DNA from: Phyllobates terribilis
Lineage: Eukaryota
NCBI RefSeq assembly: GCF_046119375.1
Contig: NW_027362769.1
Location: 359,848,001 to 359,912,000, forward strand
Direction of reading: 5' to 3'
Length of the DNA stretch: 64,000 nucleotides
Part shown: positions 51,901 through 64,000 of the stretch, in pieces
Layout of the letters: each line of letters opens with the position of its first letter
Numbering within the stretch: position 1 is the first letter of the stretch
Notes under the pieces: model-generated
Seen by the model: only the letters and a program-made list of their open reading frames with translations
What the model was told of the DNA's origin: nothing
Databases searched by the model: none
Position numbers and translations under genes: made by a program

Positions 51901-52907
51901 GCAATCTGTATGGCTGCCGGAAGATAAGGACGACACCCTACCATCCGCAAACTAATGGACTTTGTGAGAAAATGAACCAGGTGGTAATGGATCTTTTAAA
52001 AACGTTGCCCCTGGAAGAACGCAGTCTGTGGCCTGAGAAGTTGCCCGATCTGGTGGACCTATACAACCACATCCCGGTAGGTTCCACCAACTGTACCCCG
52101 GCTTACCTAATGAGGGCAAGACCTGGTAAGTTACCTGTTGACCTGGAAATGGGAGTCCTGACACCCGAGGACACTTCACCAGAAACAGACTGGGACACGG
52201 AGAGGCAGCAGCAGTACCGGAGAGTACAGGAGAGCGTGGAGCGAAGTCTCTGTCAGGCTAGGGAAAGACAAGAGAAAACTTACAACCAGTATGCTCCCGC
52301 TGTTCCCCTGGTACCCGGAGAGCAGGTCTTGAAGAGGAAGAGACGGCTCCACAAGTTGGACGACCAGTGGGAAAAGGACCCGTACACCGTACTGCCCTCA
52401 AGCCACGAGAACCCGAAGGTTTGTACCATCAGTAAAGACGGAGGGGAAACCACAGCTATTGTATCCCGGGACTACCTGAAGAAGTGTCCCGAACAACTGA
52501 GGAACCCTGAAGAGGAACAAGAAGACCATCGACCCGTAGAGGAAAGGGAAGATATGGTTAGTACTGTGCTCGGGGACTTCCCTCGGTCTTGGACTCAAGT
52601 CAATGGTGCAGTTGTGGTACCCGTACTCACCTTCCTCCAACCAGCATCCCAAGCACCTACGGAGCAACAGGTAGAGCTGGAAGAACAGCCGGTCCAGGAG
52701 GCAGAAGACCCCACACCCGCAGACCAGGAGAATCAACTCTCTGCTTGCAGTGAGCCTGCCATATCCCTAGTGAGCCAAAGAGCCGGTAGACAGCTGCCCA
52801 GTTTACCCTTGACAGCTCCTACACCCTGTAGTTCAGGGCTAGGCAGTCAGCTCCGTAGGTCCACTAGGGCCACTAGAGGCCAGTTACCCGCACTGTGGAG
52901 GATTTGA
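48849..52907 (+). pseudogene. pol: Gypsy Pol (protease, RT, RNase H, integrase) with one nonsense codon and an in-frame RNase H deletion
   Basis: LLDTGSQVT (PR), SPWAAP..YLDDVIVYS (RT), TAG at 50457-50459 in KPS*CHL, LYTDAS (RH), KLEF|NPLTHL junction at 50957/8, HHCC zinc finger, D..TDQG..GLCEKMN (IN) and a GPY/F-like tail. Confidence 0.93.
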
Positions 52908-53243
52908 AGTGTATAAATTGTTTTATTTATGTTTACCTGTGTATTGTTGCTTGTGTATAATTTTGTGTTTCTAGTTATTTGTAGGAGTCCTTGGTGGATT
53001 TACCAGGAATCCTTGTACATAGTTGGAGCGCAACCCAGGACGGACTAAAGACTGTTAAGGACTCGGGGTAGGACAAACCCCTACCTGGTTAGGTCTCCCT
53101 GTTTTGGTGAAATGGACACCTTGCTTTTCTTCAAAGACTGCACCCGGTTACGGACATGCCGTAACCATCTTTATATGTTTTTCTTATTGTATTATTATTG
53201 TTTTTATCTTGTTATGTTTTTCTAAAATATGTTTAGTCCCGGA

Positions 53244-56200
53244 GTACAGTATATAGAGCAGTGTGTATAGTATATAGAGCTGCCTGTACAGTATATAGAG
53301 CAGCCTGTACAGTATTTAGAGCAGGGTGTACAGTATATAGAGCAGCCTGTACAGTATATAGAGCAGTGTGTACAGTATATAGAGCAGTGTGTACAGTATA
53401 TAGAGCAGCCTGTACAGTTTATAGAGCAGTGTGTACAGTATATAGAGCAGTGTGTACAGTATATAGAGCAGCCTGTACAGTTTATAGAGCAGTGTGTACA
53501 GTATATAGAGCAGTGTGTACAGTTTATAGAGCAGTGTGTACAGTATATAGAGCAGTGTGTACAGTATATAGAGCAGCCTGTACAGTTTATAGAGCAGTGT
53601 GTACAGTATATAGAGCTGCCTGTACAGTATATAGAGCAGTGTGTACAGTATATAGAGCAGCCTGTACAGTATACAGAGCAGGGTGTACAGTATATAGAGC
53701 AGTGTGTACAGTATATAGAGCAGCCTGTACAGTATATAGAACAGTGTGTATAGTATATAGAGCTGCCTGTACAGTATATAGAGCAGTGTGTACAGTATAT
53801 AGAGCAGCCTTTACAGTTTATAGAGCAGTGTGTACAGTATATAGAGCAGCCTGTACAGTATATAAAGCAGGGTGTACAGTATATAGAGCAGTTTGTACAG
53901 TATATAGAGCAGTGTGTACACTATATAGAGCAGCCTGTACAGTATATAGAGCAGTGTGTACAGTATATAGAGCAGTGTGTACAGTATATAGAGCAGCCTG
54001 TACAGTTTATAGAGCAGTGTGTACAGTATATAGAGCTGCCTGTACAGTATATAGAGCAGTGTGTACAGTATATAGAGCTGCCTGTACAGTATATAGAGCA
54101 GTGTGTACAGTATATAGAGCAGCCTGTACAGTACATAGAGCAGCGTGTGTATAGTATATAGAGCAGCCTGTACAGTATATAGAGCAGTGTGTACAGTATA
54201 TAGAGCAGCCTGTACAGTATATAGAGCAGTGTGTACAGTATATAGAGCAGCCTGTACAGTATATAGAGCAGGGTGTACAGTATATAGAGCAGGGTGTACA
54301 GTATATAGAGCAGCCTGTACAGTATATAGAGCAGCCTGTACAGTATATAGAGCAGTGTGTACAGTATATAGAGCAGCCTGTACAGTTTATAGAGCAGTGT
54401 GTACAGTATATAGAGCCGTGTGTATAGTATATAGAGCAGCCTGTACAGTATATAGAGCAGCCTGTACAGTATATAGAGCAGTGTGTATAGTATATAGAGC
54501 AGCCTGTACAGTATATAGAAGAGTGTGTACAGTATATAGAGCAGTGTGTACAGTATATAGAGCAGCCTGTACAGTATATAGAGCAGTGTGTGCAGTATAT
54601 AGAGCTGCCTGTACAGTATATAGAGCAGTGTGTACAGTATATAGAGCAGCCTGTACAGTATATAGAGCAGTGTGTGCAGTATATAGAGCTGCCTGTACAG
54701 TATATAGGGCAGTGTGTACAGTATATAGAGCAGCCTGTACAGTATATAGAGCAGCCTGTACAGTATATAGAGCAGTGCGTTTAGTATATAGAGCTGCCTC
54801 TACAGTATATAGAGCAGTGTGTACAGTATATAGAGCAGGGTGTACAGTATATAGAGCAGTGTGTACAGTATATAGAGCAGCCTGTACAGTATACTGAACA
54901 GTGTACAGTATATAGAGCAGCCTGTACAGTATATAGAGCAGCGTGTACAGTATATAGAGCAGTGTGTATAGTATATAGAGCAGCCTGTACAGTATATAGA
55001 GCAGCGTGTGCAGTATATAGAGCAGGGTGTACAGTATATAGAGCAGTGTGTATAGTATATAGAGCTGCTTGTACAGTATATAGAGCAGTGTGTACAGTAT
55101 ATAGAGCAGCCTGTACAGTATATAGAGCTGCCTGTACAGTATATAGAGCAGTGTGTACAGTATATAGAGCAGCGTGTACAGTATATAGAGCTGCCTGTAC
55201 AGTATATAGAGCAGTGTGTACAGTATATAGAGCAGTGTGTATAGTATATAGAGCTGCTTGTACAGTATATAGAGCAGTGTGTACAGTATATAGAGCAGCC
55301 TGTACAGTATATAGAGCTGCCTGTACAGTATATAGAGCAGTGTGTACAGTATATAGAGCAGCGTGTACAGTATATAGAGCTGCCTGTACAGTATATAGAG
55401 CAGTGTGTACAGTATATAGAGCAGTATATACAGTGTATAGAGCAGTGTGTACAGTATATAGAGCAGCCTGTACAGTATATAGAGCAGTGTGTACAGTATA
55501 TAGAGCAGCCTGTACAGTATATAGAGCAGTGTGTAGAGTATATAGAGCAGCGTGTACAGTATATAGAGCAGTGTGTACAGTATATAGAGCAGCCTGTACA
55601 GTATATAGAGCAGTGTGTACAGTATATAGAGCAGCCTGTACAGTATATAGAGCAGTGTGTAGAGTATATAGAGCAGCGTGTACAGTATATAGAGCAGTGT
55701 GTACAGTATATAGAGCAGCCTGTACAGTATATAGAGCAGTGTGTAGAGTATATAGAGCAGCGTGTACAGTATATAGAGCAGTGTGTACAGTATATAGAGC
55801 TGCCTGTACAGTATATAGAGCAGTGTGTACAGTATATAGAGCAGCCTGTACAGAATATAGAGCAGCCTGTACAGTATATAGATCAGTGTGTACAGTATAT
55901 AGTTCAGTGTGTACAGTATATAGAGCAGCCTGTAGAGTATATAGAGCAGTGTGTACAGTATATAGAGCAGTATATACAGTGTATAGAGCAGTGTGTACAG
56001 TATATAGAGCAGTGTGTACAGTATATAGAGCAGTGTGTGCAGTATATAGAGCAGCATATACAGTGTACAGAGCAGTGTGTACAGTATATAGAGCAGTGTG
56101 TACAGTATAAAGAGCTGCCTGTACAGTATATAGATCAGTGTGTACAGTATATAGAGCAGTGTGTACAGTATATAGAGCAGCCTGTACAGAATATAGAGCA

Positions 56201-59200
56201 GCCTGTACAGTATATAGATCAGTATGTACAGTATATAGAGCTGCCTGTACAGTATATAGAGCAGTGTGTACAGTATATAGAGCTGCCTGTACAGTATATA
56301 GAGCAGCCTGTACAGAATATAGAGCAGCCTGTACAGTATATAGATCAGTGTGTACAGTATATAGTTCAGTTTCTACAGTATATAGAGCAGTGTGTACAGT
56401 ATATAGAGCTGCCTGTACAGTATATAGAGCAGCCTGTACAGAATATAGAGCAGCCTGTACAGTATATAGATCAGTGTGTACAGTATATAGTTCAGTTTGT
56501 ACAGTATATAGAGCAGCCTGTACAGTATATAGATCAGTGTGTACAGTATATAGTTCAGTGTGTACAGTATATAGAGCAGCCTGTACAGTATATAGAGCAG
56601 GGTGTACAGTTTATAGAGCAGTCTGTACAGTATATAGTTCAGTGTGTACAGTATATAGAGCAGAGTGTACAGTATATAGATCAGTGTGTACAGTATATAG
56701 TTCAGTTTGTACAGTATATAGAGCAGCCTGTACAGTATATAGTTCAGTGTGTACAGTATATAGAGCAGCCTGTACAGTATATAGAGCAGGGTGTACAGTA
56801 TATAGAGCAGTCTGTACAGTATATAGTTCAGTGTGTACAGTATATAGAGCAGAGTGTACAGTATATAGAGCAGTGTGTACAGTATATAGAGCAGCCTGTA
56901 CAGTATATAGAGCAGTGTGTACAATATATAGAGCAGTGTGTATAGTATACAGAGCAGCCTGTACAGTATATAGAGCAGTGTGTACAGTATATAGAGCAGT
57001 ATATACAGTGTATAGAGCAGTGTGTACAGTATATAGAGCAGCCTGTACAGTATATAGAGCTGCCTGTACAGTATATAGATCAGTGTGTACAGTATATAGA
57101 GCAGCCTGTACAGAATATAGAGCAGCCTGTACAGTATATAGATCAGTGTGTACAGTATATAGTTCAGTGTGTACAGTATATAGAGCAGTGTGTACAGTAT
57201 ATAGAGCAGTATATACAGTGTATAGAGCAGTGTGTAAAGTATATAGAGCAGTGTGTACAGTATATAGAGTAGTGTGTACTGTATATAGAGCAGCCTGTAC
57301 AGTATATAGAGCAGTGTGTACAGTATATAGATCAGTGTATACAGTGTATAGAGCAGTGTGTAAAGTATATAGATCAGTGTGTACAGTATATAGTTCAGTG
57401 TGTACAGTATATAGAGCAGTGTGTACAGTATATAGAGCAGTATATACAGTGTATAGAGCAGTGTGTAAAGTATATAGAGCAGTGTGTACAGTATATAGAG
57501 TAGTGTGTACTGTATATAGAGCAGCCTGTACAGTATATAGAGCAGTGTGTACAGTATATAGAGCAGTATATACAGTGTATAGAGCAGTGTGTAAAGTATA
57601 TAGAGCAGTGTGTACAGTATATAGAGTAGTGTGTACTGTATATAGAGCTGCCTGTACAGTATATAGAGCAGTGTGTACAGTATATAGAGCAGCCTGTACA
57701 GTATATAGAGCAGTGTGTACAGTATATAGAGCTGCCTGTACAGTATATAGAGCAGTGTGTACAGTATATAGAGCAGCCTGTACAGTACATAGAGCAGCGT
57801 GTACAGTATATAGAGCAGTGTGTATAGTATATAGAGCAGCCTGTACAGTATATAGAGCAGTGTGTACAGTATATAGAGCAGCCTGTACAGTATATAGAGC
57901 AGTGTGTACAGTATATAGAGCAGCCTGTACAGTATATAGAGCAGTGTGTACAGTATATAGAGCCGTGTGTATAGTATATAGAGCAGCCTGTACAGTATAT
58001 AGAAGAGTGTGTACAGTATATAGAGCAGTGTGTACAGTATATAGAGTAGTGTGTACTGTATATAGAGCTGCCTGTACAGTATATAGAGCAGTGTGTACAG
58101 TATATAGAGCAGCCTGTATAGTATATAGAGCAGTGTGTACAGTATATAGAGCTGCCTGTACAGTATATAGAGCAGTGTGTACAGTATATAGAGCAGCCTG
58201 TACAGTACATAGAGCAGCGTGTACAGTATATAGAGCAGTGTGTATAGTATATAGAGCAGCCTGTACAGTATATAGAGCAGTGTGTACAGTATATAGAGCA
58301 GCCTGTACAGTATATAGAGCAGTGTGTACAGTATATAGAGCAGCCTGTACAGTATATAGAGCAGTGTGTACAGTATATAGAGCAGTGTGTACAGTATATA
58401 GAGCAGCCTGTACAGTATATAGAGCAGTGTGTGCAGTATATAGAGCTGCCTGTACAGTATATAGAGCAGTGTGTACAGTATATAGAGCAGCCTGTACAGT
58501 ATATAGAGCAGTGTGTACAGTATATAGAGCAGCCTGTACAGTATATAGAGCAGCCTGTACAGTATATAGATCAGTGCGTTTAGTATATAGAGCTGCCTCT
58601 ACAGTATATAGAGCAGTGTGTACAGTATATAGAGCAGGGTGTACAGTATATAGAGCAGTGTGTACAGTATATAGAGCAGCCTGTACAGTATACAGAACAG
58701 TGTACAGTATATAGAGCAGCCTGTACAGTATATAGAGCAGTGTGTACAGTATATAGAGCAGCGTGTACAGTATATAGAGCAGTGTGTATAGTATATAGAG
58801 CAGCCTGTACAGTATATAGAGCAGCGTGTGCAGTATATAGAGCAGGTTGTACAGTATATAGAGCAGCGTGTACAGTATATAGAGCAGTGTGTACAGTATA
58901 TAGAGCAGTGTGTATACTATATAGAGCTGCTTGTACAGTATATAGAGCAGTGTGTACAGTATATAGAGCAGCCTGTACAGTATATAGAGCTGCCTGTACA
59001 GTATATAGAGCAGTGTGTACAGTATATAGAGCAGCGTGTACAGTATATAGAGCTGCCTGTACAGTATATAGAGCAGTGTGTACAGTATATAGAGCAGTAT
59101 ATACAGTGTATAGAGCAGTGTGTACAGTATATAGAGCAGCCTGTACAGTATATAGAGCAGTGTGTACAGTATATAGAGCAGCCTGTACAGTATATAGAGC

Positions 59201-60812
59201 AGTGTGTAGAGTATATAGAGCAGCGTGTACAGTATATAGAGCAGTGTGTACAGTATATAGAGCTGCCTGTACAGTATATAGAGCAGTGTGTACAGTATAT
59301 AGAGCAGCCTGTACAAAATATAGAGCAGCCTGTACAGTATATAGATCAGTGTGTACAGTATATAGTTCAGTGTGTACAGTATATAGAGCAGCCTGTAGAG
59401 TATATAGAGCAGTGTGTACAGTATATAGAGCAGTATATACAGTGTATAGAGCAGTGTGTACAGTATATAGAGCAGTGTGTACAGTATATAGAGCAGTGTG
59501 TGCAGTATATAGAGCAGCATATACAGTGTACAGAGCAGTGTGTACAGTATATAGAGCAGTGTGTACAGTATATATAGCTGCCTGTACAGTATATAGAGCA
59601 GTGTGTGCAGTATATAGAGCAGCCTGTACAGAATATAGAGCAGCCTGTACAGTATATAGATCAGTGTGTACAGTATATAGTTCAGTTTGTACAGTATATA
59701 GAGCTGCCTGTACAGTATATAGAGCAGTGTGTATAGTATATAGAGCTGCCTGTACAGTATATAGAGCAGTGTGTACAGTATATAGAGCAGCCTGTACAGA
59801 ATATAGAGCAGCCTGTACAGTATATAGATCAGTGTGTACAGTATATAGTTCAGTTTGTACAGTATATAGAGCAGCCTGTACAGTATATAGATCAGTGTGT
59901 ACAGTATATAGTTCAGTGTGTACAGTATATAGAGCAGCCTGTACAGTATATAGAGCAGGGTGTACAGTATATAGAGCAGTCTGTACAGTATATAGTTCAG
60001 TGTGTACAGTATATAGAGCAGAGTGTACAGTATATAGATCAGTGTGTACAGTATATAGTTCAGTTTGTACAGTATATAGAGCAGCCTGTACAGTATATAG
60101 ATCAGTGTGTACAGTATATAGTTCAGTGTGTACAGTATATAGAGCAGCCTGTACAGTATATAGAGCAGGGTGTACAGTATATAGAGCAGTCTGTACAGTA
60201 TATAGTTCAGTGTGTACAGTATATAGAGCAGAGTGTACAGTATATAGAGCAGTGTGTACAGTATATAGAGCAGCCTGTACAGTATATAGAGCAGTGTGTA
60301 CAATATATAGAGCAGTGTGTATAGTATACAGAGCAGCCTGTACAGTATATAGAGCAGTGTGTACAGTATATAGAGCAGTATATACAGTGTATAGAGCAGT
60401 GTGTACAGTATATAGAGCAGCCTGTACAGTATATAGAGCTGCCTGTACAGTATATAGATCAGTGTGTACAGTATATAGAGCAGCCTGTACAGAATATAGA
60501 GCAGCCTGTACAGTATATAGATCAGTGTGTACAGTATATAGTTCAGTGTGTACAGTATATAGAGCAGTGTGTACAGTATATAGAGCAGTATATACAGTGT
60601 ATAGAGCAATGTGTACAGTATATAGAGCAGTGTGTACAGTATATAGAGCAGTATATACAGTGTATAGAGCAGTGTGTAAAGTATATAGAGCAGTGTGTAC
60701 AGTATATAGAGTAGTGTGTACTGTATATAGAGCAGCCTGTACAGTATATAGAGCAGTGTGTACAGTATATAGATCAGTGTATTCAGTATATAGAGCAGCC
60801 TGTACAGTATAT
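53244..60812 (+). repeat. 21-bp satellite continued, ~7.6 kb (~360 units), with a decayed fringe to ~60960
   Basis: Same unit; new variants (AGATCAG, AGTTCAG, CAGAATATA) are enriched after 55.8 kb. Confidence 0.99.
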
Positions 60813-61688
60813 GAAGTTATCTGTACATTGTATACAGTATTGTGTTTAATATATACAGTAGTAAGTACACTGGATGTAGCAGATTGTTCAGTTTATACAG
60901 CAGTCAGTACAGTATAGAGAGAATGTGTACCTTATATACATGAGTTTTTACACTATATGCAGCAGTGTATAACAGGGGAGATGTAATAAAGTCCCATTTG
61001 ATATACAGTATATTGCAGTACTGTTTGTACTCTCCATAATTTCTTTAGGAGCATTAAGCCTCTCATGGACATATCCTTACACTCATACATGAATACTGAC
61101 TTTATTTCTTTTTCACGGATCTCACCGACACATTTGTTAATGTCACGGGTATATCTAATTTAGACACCGCCATGTCGCATTTCTCCTTTGTATCCCAGGA
61201 GTCTTTTGTTGTATTTATATACTCAACCTCCAATTAATTTCCTTCCCTTTACATATCTCTTCTTCACAGACACATCACACTTTCAATATATATTTTTCAT
61301 CAAGAATTAGTAAATTATTTACATTAATATGTATTTTTTATATTTCCACTAGTTGTCTTTTAATTCTCATGCAAAACATTTTTTTCAGTCACAATGATTA
61401 AAAATTAATCTTACCTTTTATAGAGACACCATTTTTTTATTTGCATTGATTACTTATTTTTTTTTTTTACATTTATTTCTACTGAATATTTTTTTCATTA
61501 GTGCATACAACATTTTTTAAACCTTTTTTTCCTTTTGGAAAATTCATTTTTTTGCTCAATGTTCTCTTTTTCACTTTTTTTTTCTTTTACCCCAGCATTA
61601 TTTGTATTTGACAATGGAATGATCACGCACACCTCATATGGGCGGCTTTATCAATTGGTGCAATTTTTTGAATCGTCAAACTTTTTAA

Positions 61689-62510
61689 CCCCTTAGTGAC
61701 CAATAGATGTCTTTTTACTGACCTGCTATATAAGAGACTAGCGTTCCCCCACAGGTGACTATCCTGTAACTGTCACCTGTACACGATAGCTGCCAACTTG
61801 CTGCATCAGCCACAATCAGTGTTAGCACCGACCTTGGACGTTTAACCCCTTAGATTCTGCTGTCAATAGTGACTACAGCATCTAAATAGTTAACAGATTG
61901 TGGGGGCGCCCTCTTTGACCTCATCGGCACCCTGAGATCTTGATTGCGTGGTCCTGATGTTTGCCATGGCAGGTAATGGCCAAATAACGGCCTTAGAGTG
62001 TTCCGGCTATAGTGGCCTGTTCAGAAGTTATCAAAATTTAGGTGGTAAAAATAAACTTTTTCATTCTTTTCATGCCACTTTCCATTATTTCCTGAAAAGA
62101 ACCAGAAGGGTTAATGAACTACCTGAAAGCAGTTTTAAGTACCTTGAGGGGTGCAGTTTTTAAAATGGTATGACTTTTGGGTGGTTTCCAACATATGGGA
62201 CCCCCAAAGTCACTTCAAAACTGAATTGGTCCCTATAAAAATACATTTTGTAAATTTCCTGGAAAAAATGAAAAATTACTGCTACATTTTTAAAACTTCT
62301 AAAATGTTAACAAAATAAAACAACGCTTTACAAATGGAGCTGATGTAAAGCAGACATGAGGGAAATGTTATTTAATAATGTTTTTGTGTGGTATGACTAT
62401 TGGGATTAAAGGGATAGTCATACAAAGTTTGAAAATTGCAATTTTTAAAATATTTTTGTCAAATTTCTGATATTTCTGATATTTTTATAAATAAACTCAA
62501 AACATATTTA
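61689..62510. mobile_element. Second, truncated member of the TTAA DNA-element family
   Basis: Begins TTAA|CCCCTTAGTGACC. 62140-62420 is homologous to 27500-27750 (GAGGGGTGCAGTTTTT..AAAGTCACTTCAAA..GCTGATGTAAAG.AGACATG). Confidence 0.7.
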
Positions 62511-62518
62511 AATAGTGA

Positions 62519-64000
62519 TATTATGATCTGCAAAAAGTACTAAGGAAAGTAAGGGGAAAGCTATCCCTACAGTAAGACTAAGCTGAATCCCTACAATGTA
62601 GCGGGCTGCCTGTTCCTTGCGAACAGACCCGCCTTAGTCCTCGAATAGTCTGAACGAAGACCTATAGCATAAGGGAGGGGTCCCTAAAAGAACTTAGGAC
62701 TGGAACAAAAATGGGACTCCTCCTAAACAGAGAAGTTGTTGCAGAACACAAAAAGATAAACTGACAAAAGGTACTAGAGGTCCCAGAAGGACCAAGCGAA
62801 CTGACAGAGAAAGGCACCGAAGCACCTGGCTAGCAAAACAGACAAACAACACTGAAGTCCAGCACAGCCAAAAGGGTGGAGCTGGAATATAAAGGCAGAT
62901 GGTCACGTGTCCGCAAAACACAAGATGGAAAAAACAAACAAAAAAACAAACAGGAGGGTTCTAACAGTACCCCCTCTTTTATGAGGATCCTCCGGATCCT
63001 CCAAGCCCAGGCCTATCCGGAAACCTCCTGTGGAAAGCTCTAATAAGCATAGGAGCAGAGACATCATCCGCCCTTACCCAGGAGTTATCTTCGGGACCGA
63101 AACCCTTCCAGGAGACGAGATACTGTAATCTCACTCTATGCCATCTAGAATTCAAGATACGAGAAATTTCATTTTCGCCGTCTTCCACCACAGGAGGAAC
63201 TGAGACAGTGGCATCCCTATCTGATACATCAGCTTTTTTCAACAAGGAAACATGAAACACAGGATTAATCTTCCAGGAAGTAGGGACATCCAACCTAACA
63301 GCAGACCGGTTAATAACCTGAAGCACTTTAAATGGACCACAAACTTAGGACCCAGTTTTTTAAAGGGAATCATCAACAGCAAGTTCCTTGAGGACAACCA
63401 AACCATGCCACCCATAGTAAACAAAACCTCCTTACGTTTCCTGTCAAAATACTTATTGGACTTCCTGTTAGCCTCTTGAAGGTTGCAACGTACATTAGTC
63501 CAAACTGTCTCCAAATCACCGGAAAAATTCTCCTCCCCCGGCACCGTCAACCCCAATTTGGAGAACGAACCAAAAGGAGAACACCCAGCAGAGGAGGATG
63601 TATGATTGTTAAGAGCAAATTCTGCGAGAGGCAGAAGCTCAGACCACACCTCTTGATTGTCCGAGACAAAACAACGCAAAAACTGTTCTACATCTTGGTT
63701 CTTTCTTTCAGTCTGTCCATTAGACTCAGGATGATACCCAGACGAAAATGACAAATGGACTCCCAACCTGTCACAAAAAGCACGCCAAAAGCGAGCCACA
63801 AACTGAGGTCCTCTATCAGAAACAATATCCGTGGGAACACCATGAAGCTTGACAATCTCCTTAACAAACGTTTTAGCGAGAGTCTTGGCGCAGGGCCACG
63901 TAATGAATGGAACCAAATGACACATCTTACTAAAACGGTCCAAGACCACCCAGATGAAACCCTCGTACCCAGGCAGATCAGAAATAAAATCCATTGTGAG
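62519..64000 (-). mobile_element. Chromoviral Ty3/Gypsy element, 3' part (integrase, chromodomain, PPT, 3' LTR)
   Basis: IN fragment MDFISDLP..DRFSKM..IVSDRGPQF..YHPESNGQTERKNQ (63239-63994), chromodomain EISRILNSR...YLVSWKGFGPEDNSWV (62979-63326, frameshifted), PPT AAAAGAGGGGG (62970-62980) and an LTR starting TGTTA at 62966 and ending near 62519. Confidence 0.9.

Larger units (their letters stand above)
46445..53243 (+). mobile_element. Ty3/Gypsy LTR retrotransposon (PR-RT-RH-IN order) lacking its PPT and 3' LTR
   Basis: 5' LTR, tRNA PBS, gag and pol present. The sequence reverts to satellite at 53244 with no copy of the 5' LTR. Confidence 0.95.

Noticed and set aside
30221-60917. Very long ORFs (up to 2517 aa; CTVYRAA, YILYTLL, VQYIEQ, LYTVHTA and SIYCTHC heptads)
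   Set aside because: The 21-nt unit is a multiple of 3 and stop-free in five of six frames. There is no promoter, Kozak context or unique domain, and frames break at random variants.
60960-61684. AT-rich stretch as a possible LINE remnant or gene fragment
   Set aside because: No recognisable motif or ORF; left unannotated.

Overview
Vertebrate genomic DNA, most likely from a frog (inferred from the histone H1 sequence and the repeat families). The core is a replication-dependent histone quintet at 8.9-19.2 kb: H1(+), H3.2(+), H4(+), a decayed L2 LINE, then the divergent pair H2A(-)/H2B(+). All five genes have 3' stem-loops, and the H2B core falls in a 285-N gap. To the left are two head-to-head hAT transposon 3' halves (1-5582), MITE-like or tandem repeats and a short inverted copy of a 21-bp satellite. 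To the right are a gene-less inverted 'ghost' of the H1-H3 region and about 24 kb of the same 21-bp satellite. Inserted in the satellite are a Neptune-type Penelope-like element (RT + GIY-YIG + hammerhead ribozyme), itself split by a 4.1-kb TTAA-flanked palindromic DNA element carrying a hAT MITE, and a Ty3/Gypsy element lacking its 3' LTR. The window ends in a second TTAA element and the 3' end of a chromoviral Gypsy. Most unusual: the 3' ends of H1 and H2B each run straight into a tandem array (37 bp x ~8 and 39 bp x ~28) whose unit contains the U7 snRNA-binding histone downstream element. All long ORFs in the satellite are repeat artefacts. No alignment or database search was run, so identities are estimates by eye.
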